64,000 nt of DNA from Sphaerodactylus townsendi (GCF_021028975.2 NC_059426.1:22940001-23004000), one strand, 5' to 3'. Counted from the stretch's first letter, positions 36,474 through 50,662 are shown. Notes: generated from the letters alone by a model not told the origin. Translations and numbers: made by a program.

Positions 36474-37908
36474 AAAAAGTTGCTTCAGGAAAACTCATAA
36501 AATTTAGCCTGACTGAGGATCAATACAGATCCAGGATTAGACCATAATGGGAACCCTCTTTTTAAGTAAACCTTGAACCCGATATGTCTGATACAGACCA
36601 ATTTGGGCAAGGACAGAGGCACGAATCCTTGGGTGTGAGCCGAAGGAGAAAAGGCAAGTGGCTCGTGGCCTTAAATGAACTGGACTACTGGATTGAGTTA
36701 TAGCTGGTTATGTTCTCTTTATTTTATTTAAATTGTATCTATGAACACAGTAAACTGATCGGTTAACTTGCAGGAGAAAAGTGATGAATGAACATGCTAA
36801 TTAAGTAAACAACAGAGGGACAGGGACAAAAAATGTACCAAATTCATCACTACCAACAATAAAAGTCATGCTACCCTGCAAGGTAAACAATTCATGACCA
36901 AACTTCTTATTCTACAGGTCTGACTTCGCAATAGAAAGCATATATTGAATATTCAGAAATCACTGGTTTAAAGCAATTTCAGAAAGCAGGTCTTGTAAGT
37001 CAGTCTTGGCAGACTTCAAGGCAAGCCATAAATTCCTCTCCATATTCTGGCATTAAATGTAATCCTCATCTCCTAGGCTCCTTTGTGAATGCCGCTTCAA
37101 CACATTTATTTCACAGTCAAGTCACTTTAACTACAGGCAATTACAGCAAGACACCGACTGCACCTGGTAAGGGAGGAGAAGATTAACAAAACGCATTTCA
37201 CAATAAAACCCGACACCTATACGATCACCTACACAAATGGTAAGCTGTCTCAATCTTGGTTCGATTTTTTAAATACTCTTTGCAAAAAAAATGCTACTTT
37301 TGATACATACCCTGATAAATGACAGCAAATTAATACCCGCTGTAGACCAATCTTTATAAAGAGACTGAGGAGTTGTTGCAATTCCCTTCATACAATGGGC
37401 ACCGTAACACACAATGCACTATGTTTTCAACTGGTACAACATTCATTTTTACTCATAAATGGATACAGTTGAACAGATAAAGTAAATTTTATCAACCTAA
37501 ATTGAAAGCTTGTTACAGGAAAATTGTTTTACCCCATGTATTACTGATTTCATACAATTTTGTAAAAGGAAAAGCAATATGTCTGCTATGTGTGTTTAGA
37601 GCAACACAGATGTTAGTAAATAGCTTTCCTTCTCTGCTGCTATTCTGAATGTTTTTAGCATTAATTATGGCACCTCTAATCAAAGCCCTGATCCTGCTGC
37701 CTTGGAGGCACAACTAAACAAGATGTCAACAACAGCTGACAAAACATACAAGAGATGGCATTTCCTCCAAAATATTTTAGTATCCCAAGAAAGACCAAGA
37801 ACAGCAGCCTCTGTTCCTGTTATCACAAACATCTTAGAACCCAAGATAAATGGGTTAGGTTGATCAACCAGGAGTAACCTGTCCAATTATCTTATTATTA
37901 TATTATTA

Positions 37909-38925
37909 CTAGCAGGGCCGGCCACCCGTTGCTGTGGCAATTGTCCTTCTCATCACAGTCCGCAACCCACACAGATGTCCTTGCAGGTCCAATGATCCGC
38001 AGCATAGCCTTTTGGGGTGGTCAAATGGAATCCCTCTTTCCCTTTTCAATTCACATTGTTATATGGTAGTGTCTTGTTTTTTTAGTATAATGTAACCCTT
38101 TCCATTCCACAAGGAACTGTCCAGAGTGCGAATCCCGCTGTCCACGAGGTTGGTTGACACACACAGTCCTGGCTTGGGTAAGGCAGAACTGGGGCAAGCA
38201 GGCTATCCCAGTCAGGCAGCAGAGGCAGGGTGGTGAGGCGCTCAGATCGAGGCCAGCTCCCTGGGTTCTTAAAGGGCCACGTGCAAAAGAAGCGGAGCTG
38301 GTAGTGTTGGTTCACCCCCACCCCGTGGATTTTCTTAGAAGAAAAAGGCAAACTCCAGCTCGCTTTTAGTAAAAGAGAGCTGTGGCAAATATGGGTGAGG
38401 AAGTGGGTAAGTGGTGGTTGGATGTGAGGGAGGGCAGAGTGAGGTGTGTGAGGATGAGCTGGATGTGTATGAAAGTATGTGTGTTATGTGGTAGCAGTGG
38501 CTGAGGCGCAGAGAGTGAAAGTTACCTGCATGTGTGTGTAGGGGAGAACCCCACCTGACGTCTCACATGGCAAAGTGTGTATGTGTTTCACTTCCACTCG
38601 TATTATCTAACAGTATTGTCTATGTACTGTTTTCACTGCTCCTCTCTGCCCATCTGCGCGAACATTCTAAGCCCTCAGGCCACAGACAGACAGGCTGCAC
38701 AGACATTCTAAGGGTGACAGTTAAACAGAGTCAGCTTCATGGCCTGGTGCGCCAGGAAAAAGACATTTTACCTGGCTCAGGTATGGACTTTCGGTGATTT
38801 GAAGGTCCGATTACCTGCCCGCAACAGGGAGGAACGTCATGTGAAAATTGGGGGGCGATCCGTCCAGCCATTTCTGCGTTAGGGAGTGACTAACAAAGTC
38901 ACTGTTTGCTTTTTATATATATAGA
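37909..38925 (-). mobile_element. Non-autonomous Helitron (about 1 kb)
   Basis: On the minus strand: A|TCTATATATAT 5' end, 3' hairpin gccac...gtggc (37921-37938), terminal CTAG|T, no TSD. Confidence 0.85.
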
Positions 38926-39404
38926 TTATCATTATCTTGCCTTACACCCCGTCCTTATTGACAATCTTCTATCGATTGCAAACATCTCTGGCTATACCTG
39001 CTTTTGCTTAAGCCAGCAATAGCTGAAAGCTCTAGGATCACTTGAAAACCATTCCAGGTAAAGAATAGCAGACCCCATGGCGTTTATCCAGTACAGGGCA
39101 GTTGTCTAGGTACTTTCCATTCTCCTATATCAATTTCATGCTGGCCCAAGAATTTGAGAAGGAGTATAACAAGATAATGGCAATTGGCGGAGATGCTCCC
39201 TGCTTCGAAGCTCAGATGAACTATGAAGACAATAGACAACCTTTTTTGTACAGAATACATGAAATTTTTATATGTCTGTCATGTGCTGGATAATCTCGCT
39301 ATAAAATATCCTAACCATATAAACTGTAGGAGGACTGGATCAGAAATAGCATATTGATCATACAGGCTGTAAATATAACGCGACACAGAGTATAGCTGTA
39401 TTAA

Positions 39405-39995
39405 AGAAGAAGAGTCTGGATTTATACTCCACCTTTCTCTCCTGTAAGGAGTCTCAAAGCAGCTTACAAACAGCAGCAGTGGCGTAGGAGGTTAAGAGCT
39501 CGTGTATCTAATCTGGAGGAACCGGGTTTGATTCTCCGCTCTGCCGCCTGAGCTGTGGAGGCTTATCTGGGGAATTCAGATTAGCCTGTGCACTCCCACA
39601 CACGCCAGCTGGGTGACCTTGGGCTAGTCACAGCTTCTCGGAGCTCTCTCAGCCCCACCTACCTCACAGGGTGTTTGTTGTGAGGGGGGAAGGGCAAGGA
39701 GATTGTAAGCCCCTTTGAGTCTCCTACAGGAGAGAAAGGGGGGATATAAATCCAAACTCTTCTTCTTCTTCTTCTTCTTCCTTTCCCTTCCTCTCCTCAT
39801 AACAGACACCTTGTGAGGTAGGTGGGGCTGAGAGTGTTCTGAGAAAACTGTGACTAGCCCAACGTCACCCGGCAGGCTTCATGTAGAGGAGCAGGGAACC
39901 AATCCAGTTCACGAGATAAGACTCTGCCACTCATGTGGAAGAGCGGGGAATCAAACCCAGTTCTTCAGATTAGACCCCGCTGCACTTAGCCACTA
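39405..39995. mobile_element. Minus-strand SINE with a full-length plus-strand SINE (39471-39780) nested inside
   Basis: The host breaks at gcttacaaa| and resumes at |ctttcccttcctctcc. Confidence 0.85.
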
Positions 39996-40769
39996 CACCT
40001 TGAGTCTCCTTACAGGACATAAAGGCAGGGTATAAATACAAACTCTTCTTTTTCAGCCTGAGACCCTGGAACGCACAGCCAGTCTGAGTAGACAAGATTG
40101 ATCTGGGCAAACCAGTATGAATCTGTATAAGGGCAGCTTCATGTATTCATGTAATGAGGTAATTCAAACACTATATACTTTTTATTAGCCCTTTGGATTG
40201 TCATTACATATTTGTGGCCCACCAGGAACAATGCTTAATCTCCAGAGTGAGAGATGCCAAGACTCAAGGTTGGCACTTCTCATTTTCATGCCATTTGCTT
40301 GAAGTTCTGGACATGTGGAGGCTGGCTGTGGCAGCTTCAGAACAAACAGAAAGTACTCCGTACCCGCTCAAAGGCACTCTTACTTCACATATTCCATGGC
40401 TGATCCCTAGCAACAAAGCCAGCTCCATAGCAGAACTCTCTTCCAAATTAAGCCCCAGATAGAGACGTCTCAACTGTTTTTATAACACAACTGACGTTTA
40501 AAAACCAGCTCAGATTTTTTTTTCATGTAGAAACAAGAATCGGTCTTTTTTCAAAACAGCAACAAAACGCGAGTTCCATAAAACTGCTGTGCTTCACTGA
40601 ATCACCCTGTACCGGACGCAGAAGTCTGATTTCGAACTCTGAGCTTTGCCTCCCGCCTCTGACCCCATTACCAACCAACCAAGTCCCACTCGTCTAAGAA
40701 CGGTCTTCCATTCAGACAGTAGGCAGCTTTGAAGTAGAAGATCAATCACATGCTAATGGCCACACCTAC

Positions 40770-40826
40770 CTTCGGCTCCCAGGGATAAGTCATCTTCAAA
40801 ACTTCCTCCATTTCTCACCAGCATGC
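40770..40826 (-). CDS. ITPRID2: ITPRID2 coding exon 4 (57 bp)
   Basis: ttattaaag|GC ATG CTG GTG AGA AAT GGA GGA AGT TTT GAA GAT GAC TTA TCC CTG GGA GCC GAA G|gtaggt encodes MLVRNGGSFEDDLSLGAE(A). Confidence 0.95.
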
Positions 40827-41772
40827 CTTTAATAAAAAAAAGGATGTAAAGTTTAGCATTGAGCATCAATGCCTACACGTCAGTAATCAGGACTGCAATA
40901 AACCAGACACTAAAAAACTATTTAAAAATGCTTCCCTCTCCATTTCTTTTTAAGTTAGAGACCCAATTAGCTCTCAACAATGCCTTGCAGAGAGCCTCAA
41001 GTGGACAGATGTTACTCTTCAGAATGCCTTGATTAAAAGACAGGAAGGGATGCCGGTGATTTCCACAGTTACTCTTTCAAAACTTCCCTGCTAGGGAAAA
41101 CTGGCTTGTCATAAATCATGAGCAGAGCACCGGTCGGTAGCATGCACTGCTTACAAACAAAAATGCGAAGACTGCATCTTAAGACACACTTTGGAAACCT
41201 TACCGGGGAGCTCCAAACCCGCAGGACACCAAGGATCAGACATCCCTTCTCGGCTCTGTGCATTGGGAAATAAAAAGGGCGCTCCAGCGACCGCTTCTTA
41301 TATACCTTGTCACTACCTGTAGATTCTTGTTGTACTTTGAACTTTTGCAGTCTGGTTGGTTCAGGTGGTAACTTTTCAGGCGTGGCAAGTTCAGTCACAG
41401 CAACCCGAGAAAGACTGTACCAAAAAAAGCTGACCTACTTCTCCACGTACACGCTTGACAAACTTCTTTCCCACACGCCACACAACCTCACTCCTTTCCC
41501 TGAACAATTAAAACTCCCTGTCGAACCCCTTCAAAGAAAACAAGGTGCTCTCAGCAACTTTCACCAGCAGCCAGTCTAACTGACTGCACTATTGTTTTCA
41601 AGTAATACCTCCTCAAAAAAGACAGACAGAGAAAGACAGAGAGAGGAGGAGGAGGAGGAGGAGTTTGGATTTATATCCCCCCTTTCTCTCCTGTAGGAGA
41701 CTCAAAGGGGCTTACAATCTCCTTGCCCTTCCCCCCTCACCTTCATACACTGCTTAACCATAAGATCCTTAC

Positions 41773-41822
41773 CCTTCAAAGTGAAGTTGCTCTGCTCATC
41801 CAGAGAGGCTCCCAGCGGCGTT
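41773..41822 (-). CDS. ITPRID2: ITPRID2 coding exon 3 (50 bp)
   Basis: tttcag|A ACG CCG CTG GGA GCC ... TTG AAG G|gtaagg encodes TPLGASLDEQSNFTLK(G); phases are consistent with neighbours. Confidence 0.95.
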
Positions 41823-42619
41823 CTGAAACCAAGGAAGAGATTAAAAGAAATACATGACTGTCTCCAAAAGTTGCTTCTTCACATCCTTCCTTAAAGCAGC
41901 ACATTGTCATATCTGCAACCCCCACTCTTCCTGAACCCACATGGGAGAAGATCGAAAAACAACCCATAAAGCAAGCTGCGGCACAGTCAAAATCATAACC
42001 CTGCAAAATAAATAAATAAAACAGGCACATTGGTTGGTAAGAACCGGCTACCAAACCAAGCTTGGAGAAAGAGAGGCGTGTGAGCTACGCAATGGCAAAC
42101 TGCCTCTGTTAGTCTCTTGCCTTGAAAACCCTGCGGAATTACGGTAAGTCAGCTGCAACTCGATAGCACCACACACACGAAGAAAAAAAGCGTCCGACAA
42201 CTGATGAGTTGCTCCTTCAAAAGAAAAAGATGTCCACTATCCTCTTTGCTATTAACTGGTTAAAAAAAATCCCTGCAGCATTATATTTCATTGGCATTCA
42301 CTATGGTGGGAGGATGTCCTGGTCAGAAGACCCCAAATTAGAGTGAGAGTCCATTCATGGGGTCTTTCCATTGCTCTCCCTCCGAGTGACAGGCGGAGGG
42401 CCCACTCCCAAGGGCATAGTAGCGGGCCTAGAAGATTAATAGAGGGCGGGGGGGGGATGTGACTGGTGAGGGGAAGGGCAGGGAGGCTGGGGCCATCCCA
42501 GTGCTTATGGGCAGGGGGCCTTATGGCACTGGGGGTCAGAGGAGAATGGTTTTCAGAAGGCGCACTGGATGTCCTTCTGCTCTGCTACCCATCCAAAGGG
42601 AGGCAGGGAGGTGACTCAG

Positions 42620-42780
42620 TTGTTCTGCCCACTGGCCTGGTGCTGCTGCTTTTGAATGCTGGATTTGATTTTGGGTGAGGGGCCCGACCTGGCTTATATA
42701 ACAGAGATCTGGGAAAGTGAACTGGGGAGGGTTAGAACTGACCCAGTTTTGTCCCCCCAGGCTATCAGGTGCAGCACAGC
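42620..42780 (+). mobile_element. L2/CR1-type ORF2 endonuclease N-terminal remnant
   Basis: LVLLLLNA followed by LDLILGEGPDLAYITEIW, resembling the APE 'D..CITETW' motif. Confidence 0.5.
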
Positions 42781-44093
42781 CCAGACTGCCAATTTCAGCC
42801 CTGGGACAAGGTTGAAATGGAGCAGAACAGAAGCCCAAAAGAAGCTCTCGTGCTTTTCAACAGCAGCTGTGGTGAACAGGAATCCGCAGGTGAAGCTTCT
42901 AGCATCTGGGAGATGAAGCACTGCCATATGCAAATAGCTGCACACCAACTTGCTGTAGCAGGTTGAAAACTGGCAACCCTCCCCTACAAGGGCAGAAAAC
43001 CATTTTGCATAGGTATCGAGTTGCTTTTAACCCACCCAGGGAGACAGGCTATCAAAGGAAACTGGGTAGGTCTCCACCATTAGCTGGCTTTCAATAACGC
43101 TTACACAAGGCACTTGAAATCACCCAGGGCAATCCAGCCACTTCAAGTTCTTTAAGTAAACTGTAGGTAGAAAGAGAGAAGGAGAACGAAGAATGATTTT
43201 GTATGCTATTCAAGCATTGCGGGAGCAACTGTGTATGGTAATGTGCCAACAGTACCGGCCATGCAGATTCCTGGGTTAGACAAGCAACAGGATTACTTTC
43301 TGTGCCAAAGACACTGATCCGTAGGGGCAGGGCAACCTGGCATGTGAAGTAACCACATCAGATCTGTACAGTTACTATCAACAGATGTCACTACAGCAGC
43401 CAAACCAAACCAGCTTCCACAATGTACAATAGGGGTCTTATACAGATCAACTCCGACTGTCTGTATGGTTTCCATATCACAGTTGTTAGCGCTGAACAAC
43501 ATGAATCTGAGGTAAACAGTAAGATTGTCATCAACACTGGACAGACCATCTCATTGCCCCTACTGTAAATAGTTCCTTATTCTGTAATGTGGCAGTCCCA
43601 CAGAAAGTAACAAAGTACTCGTTTGAGACAACACTGCTCCTCTGTGTTGCATCTACTAAGCTGCGGGGCTACTCTATGGAAGATTCTTAGTTCTGGCTAC
43701 CAGGAAAGAACTTGGTTGATTTTCTTCAGGGGCTCCCTGTGTTACAGGTAATCAACATGGTCACTGTAAAAAAAGGACCTGATATACTAGATAGGGTAAG
43801 ACAAAATATGTACAAGGCACTTAACATCTGAATACCAGATGACTTTAGACAACCTGAAGCCTTCAGTTCAAGAATCAGGAACAGACAGACTTCCTACTTC
43901 CAACCTTACACCCAATGACACTTCATTGTCTTTTCTGGTTCCTGCCAGCTTTCAAGCCTTTGGACATCGTTTGAAAATATTCAACCATTCAGCACTTCAG
44001 AGTTTTTCATGCAATTTTAAAGTGCTATTCCTTGCAAACAGACCTGAGGTTGGATCTAGCTATCTTTGTCACTCAATCTTACTCCACTATACC

Positions 44094-44372
44094 CCAGCAT
44101 GGTGAGTGGTTAAGAGAAGGATTCTAATCTGAGTTTGATTCCCCACTCCTTTCACCTGAGTGGCAGAGGCTTATCTGGTGAACCAGATGTGTTTCCACAC
44201 TCCTACATTTCTGCTGGGTGACCTTGGGCTACTCAAGTTCTTTGGAACTCTCTCAGCCCCACCTACCTCACAAGGTTTCTGTTGCGGGGGGAGGAAGAGA
44301 AAGCAGTTTGTAAGCCACCTTGAGTCTCCTTACAGGAGAGAAAGGTGGGGTATAAATCCAAACTATTATTAT
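44094..44372 (+). mobile_element. tRNA-derived SINE (Squam3-like)
   Basis: Family head, body and gggtataaatccaaac tail. Confidence 0.8.
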
Positions 44373-47300
44373 TGTTATTGCAGCCCCTGCTTCAATTGCT
44401 TTGGAACATATTGGTCCCAACATCTCCAGCATACATTTTTTTGATTAAAGGGGACTTCTGCCTTTTTACTAGTAGACAAGTTGGCTGGATCCAACCCTTG
44501 TTAGGTAAATCCTATACCAGCAAAAACTTCACAACTGACATTTAAAAGAAAGCAGAGCAACAAATCACACACCTTCTGTCCTCCAAGAACTATGGATGGA
44601 AAACTGGCAAACAAAACACTTAAAAAACCTTTCTGTGCATTGGAAGCCTGAAAGTTTTCAATATGACAATCTGGAGAATCTGGGACAAACTTCCTTGGTA
44701 ATGGCAAAGCTGTGTTTGCTCCATTTTCAAAGTCAAATCCTGTTACACGTCCATGGTTGTATTCACACATACTCATAGCTTGTCATTACCGAGAGGAGCC
44801 CTGGAAACATTTTGGGTGGTGTATTTCCCCTTCCTGATCAGGAATCGAAAACTTCCATAAACTTTGTTAATAAATCATGATTCCCATCAAAGATTCAACC
44901 ACTGTCAGAAATCCTAGTCCACATGCAAGGGAGCACACCTATATTTGGCCACTTTGTCCAGTCTGGACAAATGAAAACCTGATTAGTTGAGGAACAATTT
45001 TCAAACAGTTCTCAAGAAGGAATGCAGGAGCCCAAGGATTTAAGAGTCCTTTTTCTTAATACCACAGAATGTGACCTGTCCTTAGATCCAAACGCAGACC
45101 ATTCCCTGATAGCCTTGCATGTTTCCCAGTGACAAGTTAGTAACTATGTTACACCACAAAACAACAACACACACTTTGCAACACCCATTCTGGACATGAA
45201 CAACCAATGGAAAGGAGTGAGAAAGTTTCAATATGGAACCAGTGCCAGATGGCAAACAAGTCTCTGGCAATCAGAGTCTGATGCAATCCCAATGAATTTT
45301 CAGGTCAACGAGCAAAGTTTCAGAAAAAAAAACTTTTTCAAGTAATGGCCTTCTTAAAGCTCAGGTTGAAAACAACAGCCCTTATTGTTTATACCACAGA
45401 CTTTCAACAGCTCTTTTCTCCTCAGCTTACTTAGTGGCCTCTTCAGAAAGCCTGTCTTTTGTTTCCCATACCCTCCTAAACTGGTGCCAATAATGCCCAT
45501 GTCGGCCAGTAGCAAAATGGTAACTGATCACCAGATGTCGGTACTCTTCTTAAAGAGCTAAACTTTCCCTCTCAGAAGCCCATTAACCAGCAGAGCAGCT
45601 CTGGCAAGTGGCTTGCATTTCTAGGCACAGACAGACAACTAGAAAATATCTGCTACGCTGAAAACCTGAAGAGAGAAAACACAGCCTGTGTAGAAGGCTC
45701 TTGGGATTCAACAGGAAACACTGGCAAATAAAGCTGTTTTACAGCAGAAGCAACTTGAAGCAACTTGTTTCTCACCTGTTTATAGAGGTGCATTTTACTG
45801 CTAACTGGGAAGCTTGCTTTCAGGAGGGAGACCTCTGATCCTCTTTATTTCCTTACTATATTTAGATCCTGCTTTTCAGCTGTTACATTCTGAATGCCAA
45901 TTACAGCATTTTCAACATACACTGGAGTGGATCTGGCCTCTACCCTACCGCTACATTGAGCAAAGCTTCTTTATTGAAGCTTCTGCCTCAAGTCTGAAGT
46001 CCTCCCCCAATTACAGGATCCCCTTTAACAGAAGAATGTCTTTAGCTGGAGGAAGGCTCCTTAGACTGGGAGTAGGCTGCTTAGTGGATAGATAGTTCCA
46101 CCCTACTTAGATTCTTCCTCTCTGTCCCCCTTAATATATTAGTCCCTGTCGCTAAGTAAAGTTCTAGGCCTTACCTCCCAGGATGGCAGGACCAATCATG
46201 GAGACAACAGAGACTTCTCCATCTTCAATGGCAGCTGCTTATTGAATACTCTGCCCAAAGGGGTACTTGGATGCAGTTCAGCCGTAACATAAAACCATGG
46301 TTAGTCTGCAAACCCAGAATTCAGCTCACAGACAACCAGGCTGGCCTCCACAAATAGTGGACTCACCACCTTCACTCTAACTGAGCATCTATGTAGCTCA
46401 GGTGAATGCAACAATATCACCTGGGAGGAAGCCAGGATATCTGCATGTGCATGCCACAGGAAACCTTGCTTAAGATTAAGGCAGTGTCTACACTTGGATG
46501 TTGCAGTATCGTTGCATTCCAACAGGCGTTTGTATCTAGGTTCTTTCGTCCACACCATGAAAATCCAGTTGTTACAGTGCAACAATAACACAACATCCAG
46601 TGATCTGTGGGTGTTGCCTGGCTGCGGTTCATCAAGCCACATAGAAACCATGGTTTCCAGTCTTAATTTGATGGATCCTAACTAATCCCAGAGGGGCCTG
46701 CCCTTGCACTCAAGTCAAATACAGAGCTGCTTTAAATAAACTACATTAAATGATATAGCTGAACTAGGGAAGAAAGAGAATGTCTTCTTTTAGTGTTAAA
46801 TATAACAAGAAAACGATTGAAAAGCAAAATTAGAGTTTACAAAGCCACGGGCCAGAAATTCTTTATTACTTAAGATAATTATTCCCCTACCGCTCTATCA
46901 AAATAGTCCCTTGAACGCGACTTTAGATGCACAGTGCTCAGCGTCTCTTGGGACAGATCTAACAGCATCTTGTTCCACAACATGATTCGGGCATGACATT
47001 TGACATAGTCCACTGTAAACTTTTACTAGCTGACACAGCAGACCTCACGCATGAGTGCTAAGAACATAAACCATAAACTTTCTTGTTGGTTTTGAATATT
47101 TGTATTGACTTTCAAAGGCATGGAGAAAGAAGGGACCAGCTCACCTTTCTAACAGAGAACAGGCAAACGCCACCTTATGCATGCCACTTTCCCATCTGTA
47201 AAATGGGAACAGCAGATTGATCTGTCCACTTAGGGCTGTCAGGAGGATACCAGAAATAAACTGACATTTGTTCCACATCAGAAGAGCCATAAAAGCAATT

Positions 47301-47929
47301 ATATTTCCAATTGTTTGAGGAAAACCAACGAAGGATATGCCAGCAAATGCCGATCTTTCAGCTGGACACCTACCCCAGTCAGGATTTTTCTTTGTTTTCT
47401 AAACTGTTCCATCTCCAAACCAGGTACAGTACAGTGGTTGGAATGCTGGACGAGAGAGGCCCAAATTTATACCCCCATGCAGCCCTGGAATCCCACTGGG
47501 TGACCTTGGACCATTCACTGTCTCTCAGCCTCAGCTACCACATAGAATAGCTGTGATGGTCAGACAGAAGTAAGGAGAACAAGATAGGCTATCCTGAGCT
47601 TGTTGAAAAACGGGCAGGACATAAATATCACGAATGGATGAATCTTCCTCAGTGCGGCACATCAGTCTGCTAGCTCCTCCCAAACATTTTCCAGTTTCCA
47701 GACCTTTCCCTGGACAAGATAGTGCCTTTTTTCTAATATATCCATGAGGGAAGAAACTTTTTAAATGAAAGCTGGGAATTCAGAGGACCTGCCTGATCTA
47801 TCGATTACAACAGTATATCGATATTTTAGCGCCCTTTGAAGAATAAAAACATAACTGCTCATCTTCAGGGCAAAGGGACGAAAGGAAGTGGTTTGACCAT
47901 GGCAGTCTAATCATCAAAAAGTGGGCTGG

Positions 47930-48166
47930 AAACAGCCCTGTGGTACAGAGCGGTAAGCTGCAGCACTGCCCAAGCTCTGCTCATGACCTGAGTTTGATCC
48001 CAAGGGAAGTCAGTTTCAAGTAGCCAGCTCAAGGTTGACTCAGCCGTCCATCCTTCTAAGGATAAATACCCAGCTTGCAGGGGGTAAACTGGGGAAGGCA
48101 ATGGCAAACTACCACATCACCTCATGGGTCAGTAATCAGCTGGTCCTTGCACAGGGGACTACCTTT
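47930..48166 (+). mobile_element. Sauria SINE-like element
   Basis: Same diagnostic blocks as 22935-23218. Confidence 0.75.
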
Positions 48167-49127
48167 AATTATGGTCTTTAAAGAACCAGGGAGAAAACCC
48201 CCACAAAACCTGAAACAACAACTAAAGGCATAAATGAAAGTAGAAATCAGGGCACAAACCTTTGGGGGAGGGCAGCTTATAAATATAAAGAAATAAAAAG
48301 GAGATGGAAAAGGCCGTCAAACAGCCCTTTTGGCTCCCTCTCAGGTTGGCCCTACCAACAGAAGAAACCATGAAATCAACTTAAACTCTTCTAGCGCAAG
48401 TGAACATGTTGATTTTTTTCCCACACCAGTTATATAAATTTAGAGAATAAGAAGGAAAGAGGAACTTCTGGGCAGTACTGATACTCATGCAAGGAAATAC
48501 GCTGCAAGTGCAGATTAAAAAAATCAACCCAGCCACAATGCTCATTGACTTTGTACAGAAAAAAAAAACAACCCACACAGTTTCTCTTTCCTGATTCAGT
48601 ACTCTGGACACTAGTTTCCAACCCAAGAGGACAAATCTCACGAGGTCTGCAACTCCTTACAATTCAATCACAACTGTTTAAGAACCCTATACTATGCAGA
48701 ACAATCTCCTCGCCTGTGAAAATTGAAACAAGATTTTAAAATATTTCTATTGCTTTTTAAACATTTCCACAGGGCAGGCTTCCCCTCACTGCGGTTTAAC
48801 ATGTTCACAACAAGCCAGATCCATTTAGCCGCAGCCATCCCAATCTGAGGGCAACGAAGCCCGAGGACATCAAATGCAGTTCCCCTCTCTCCCCAACCAG
48901 CACTTTTAATTCCCTCAATAAGCGTAAAGCATTTTTTCCCCACAGCTGCATCTTCAGGTTAAAATGTCAATCAGACAGGCAGCTATGAATGCAAATGTAC
49001 AAAATTTAAGCTTAGGAAGTACAGCCAATGAGGCTTGCCTGTGGACTTGCTGACCGCCATTCTGTTTTGCTTTGTTGTGAATTTCCAGACCTGCAGTAGC
49101 ACATATAATTAGGTAAACCACTACTGA

Positions 49128-49420
49128 GCTAGCATGGTGTAGTGGTTAAGAGCAGCAGACTCTAATCTGGAGAACCGGGTTTGATTCCCCACTCCTTCAC
49201 ATGAGTGACAGACTCCCATCTGTTGAACTGGGTTTCTTTCCCTGTTCTTACACATGAAACTGCTGGGTGACCTTGGGCTAGTCACAGTTCTTTCAGAACT
49301 CTCTCAGTCCCACCTACCTCACAAGATGTCTGTTGTGGGGAGAGGAAGGGAATGAGTTTGTAAGCCCCTTTGAGACTCCTTACATGAGAGAATGGTGGGG
49401 TATAAATCCAAACTCCTCTT
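49128..49420 (+). mobile_element. tRNA-derived SINE (Squam3-like), full length
   Basis: tggtgtagtggttaagag (A box), ggtttgattcccc (B box) and the family tail. Confidence 0.85.
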
Positions 49421-50658
49421 CCTGTATTGGGTTGGCATAAATTGCTAATTATTTCATTTCGCTGGGGGACAGGTCAGTCTGTCAAGAGGATGGGAGTGCT
49501 CTGAGGAAGAAAGATGGCAGCTGTCTCCAATTCAGGTAGCCTCAGTTGGGTTTGGGTGATCAGCTACAACGGAGGGCAGATGCCCTGCGTCTAGAATCCA
49601 ACATCCCATATTTTTATCCTACCCATCCTTTAAAGAGCTCAAGACATAATAGCTGGTTCTCTTAGCTTATACCCTCACAACACTCCTGTGACACAGATTA
49701 GGCTAAGAGACAGTGACTGGCCCAAAGTCAATTTCTTACTTTGGTCAGCAAGAGCTGACAGTTTGACAGTTGTGCTCACAGTTTGACTGTCTCTTACCCT
49801 AATCTGTGTCACGGGAGTGTTGTGAGGATATAAGCTAAGAGAACCTGCTATAAGGCAATTTCGTATGTTCAGGTGTGAGAACTGTAAATTTAAATATACA
49901 GTTCTTTGTGATCACCCTCTTTACTTAATAGTTTGTTTGAAATCTAATTTTCAGAAATGCCCTCAAGTTACTAAATTTCTTTACTATTTTTGTACTTGTG
50001 AAAGAACTCTCCTCTCCCCCAAGCACTCATTGAGATGCTTCAGACTGAATGTTCACTAATATTCCGATTGCTCAAGGGGAAGTTCTGCAGTAAAATGATG
50101 ACACGGTAAAAATGAGGGAAGTAAATGTGGGTTGGAAAAATCTGATACAAGACCTCAGGAAAACAGAAGGAGCTTGAGCCACACAATAAGAGGAGGGGCT
50201 GCAAACAGGCTAGGAGTCTTATATTAAATCAATAGCAACTATGGATCATTATTTTGCTCAGCACTTTTATCAGATACTTTGCATTGAAAAACCAGAGCTG
50301 AAAAACCTGTTTGATTGAGTACCGGCAGAAGACAATAAAGTACTGCTTTAGGGCTGTGTCCACTTGGTGTGGGCATGGAAGCCAAGTAAGAAAAAAAGCA
50401 CCAGAATATGGTCGCTACAAGAAAGAGACCATAGCTGGACAGACCTAAGTCTGACTGAAGGAGAAAAAGGAAGGATGAGAGTTGAGAGGGGACAGCAGAA
50501 TATGCAAAAAAAGGGAGGGATGGGGAAAAAGAGGAACTGGGACATTTGTTGGTGACACAAGAGACTGAAGAAAAGACCAACATTCCAGACATCTGGTGCC
50601 AATGGCAGATGCACCTCTTGAAAAGGCTACGGGATTGCCAGTGGTCAGGTGCAACTTG

Positions 50659-50662
<4 letters not shown>

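Noticed and set aside
49128-49200. tRNA gene
   Set aside because: The A/B boxes belong to a SINE head that continues into the SINE body; I could not support a cloverleaf.
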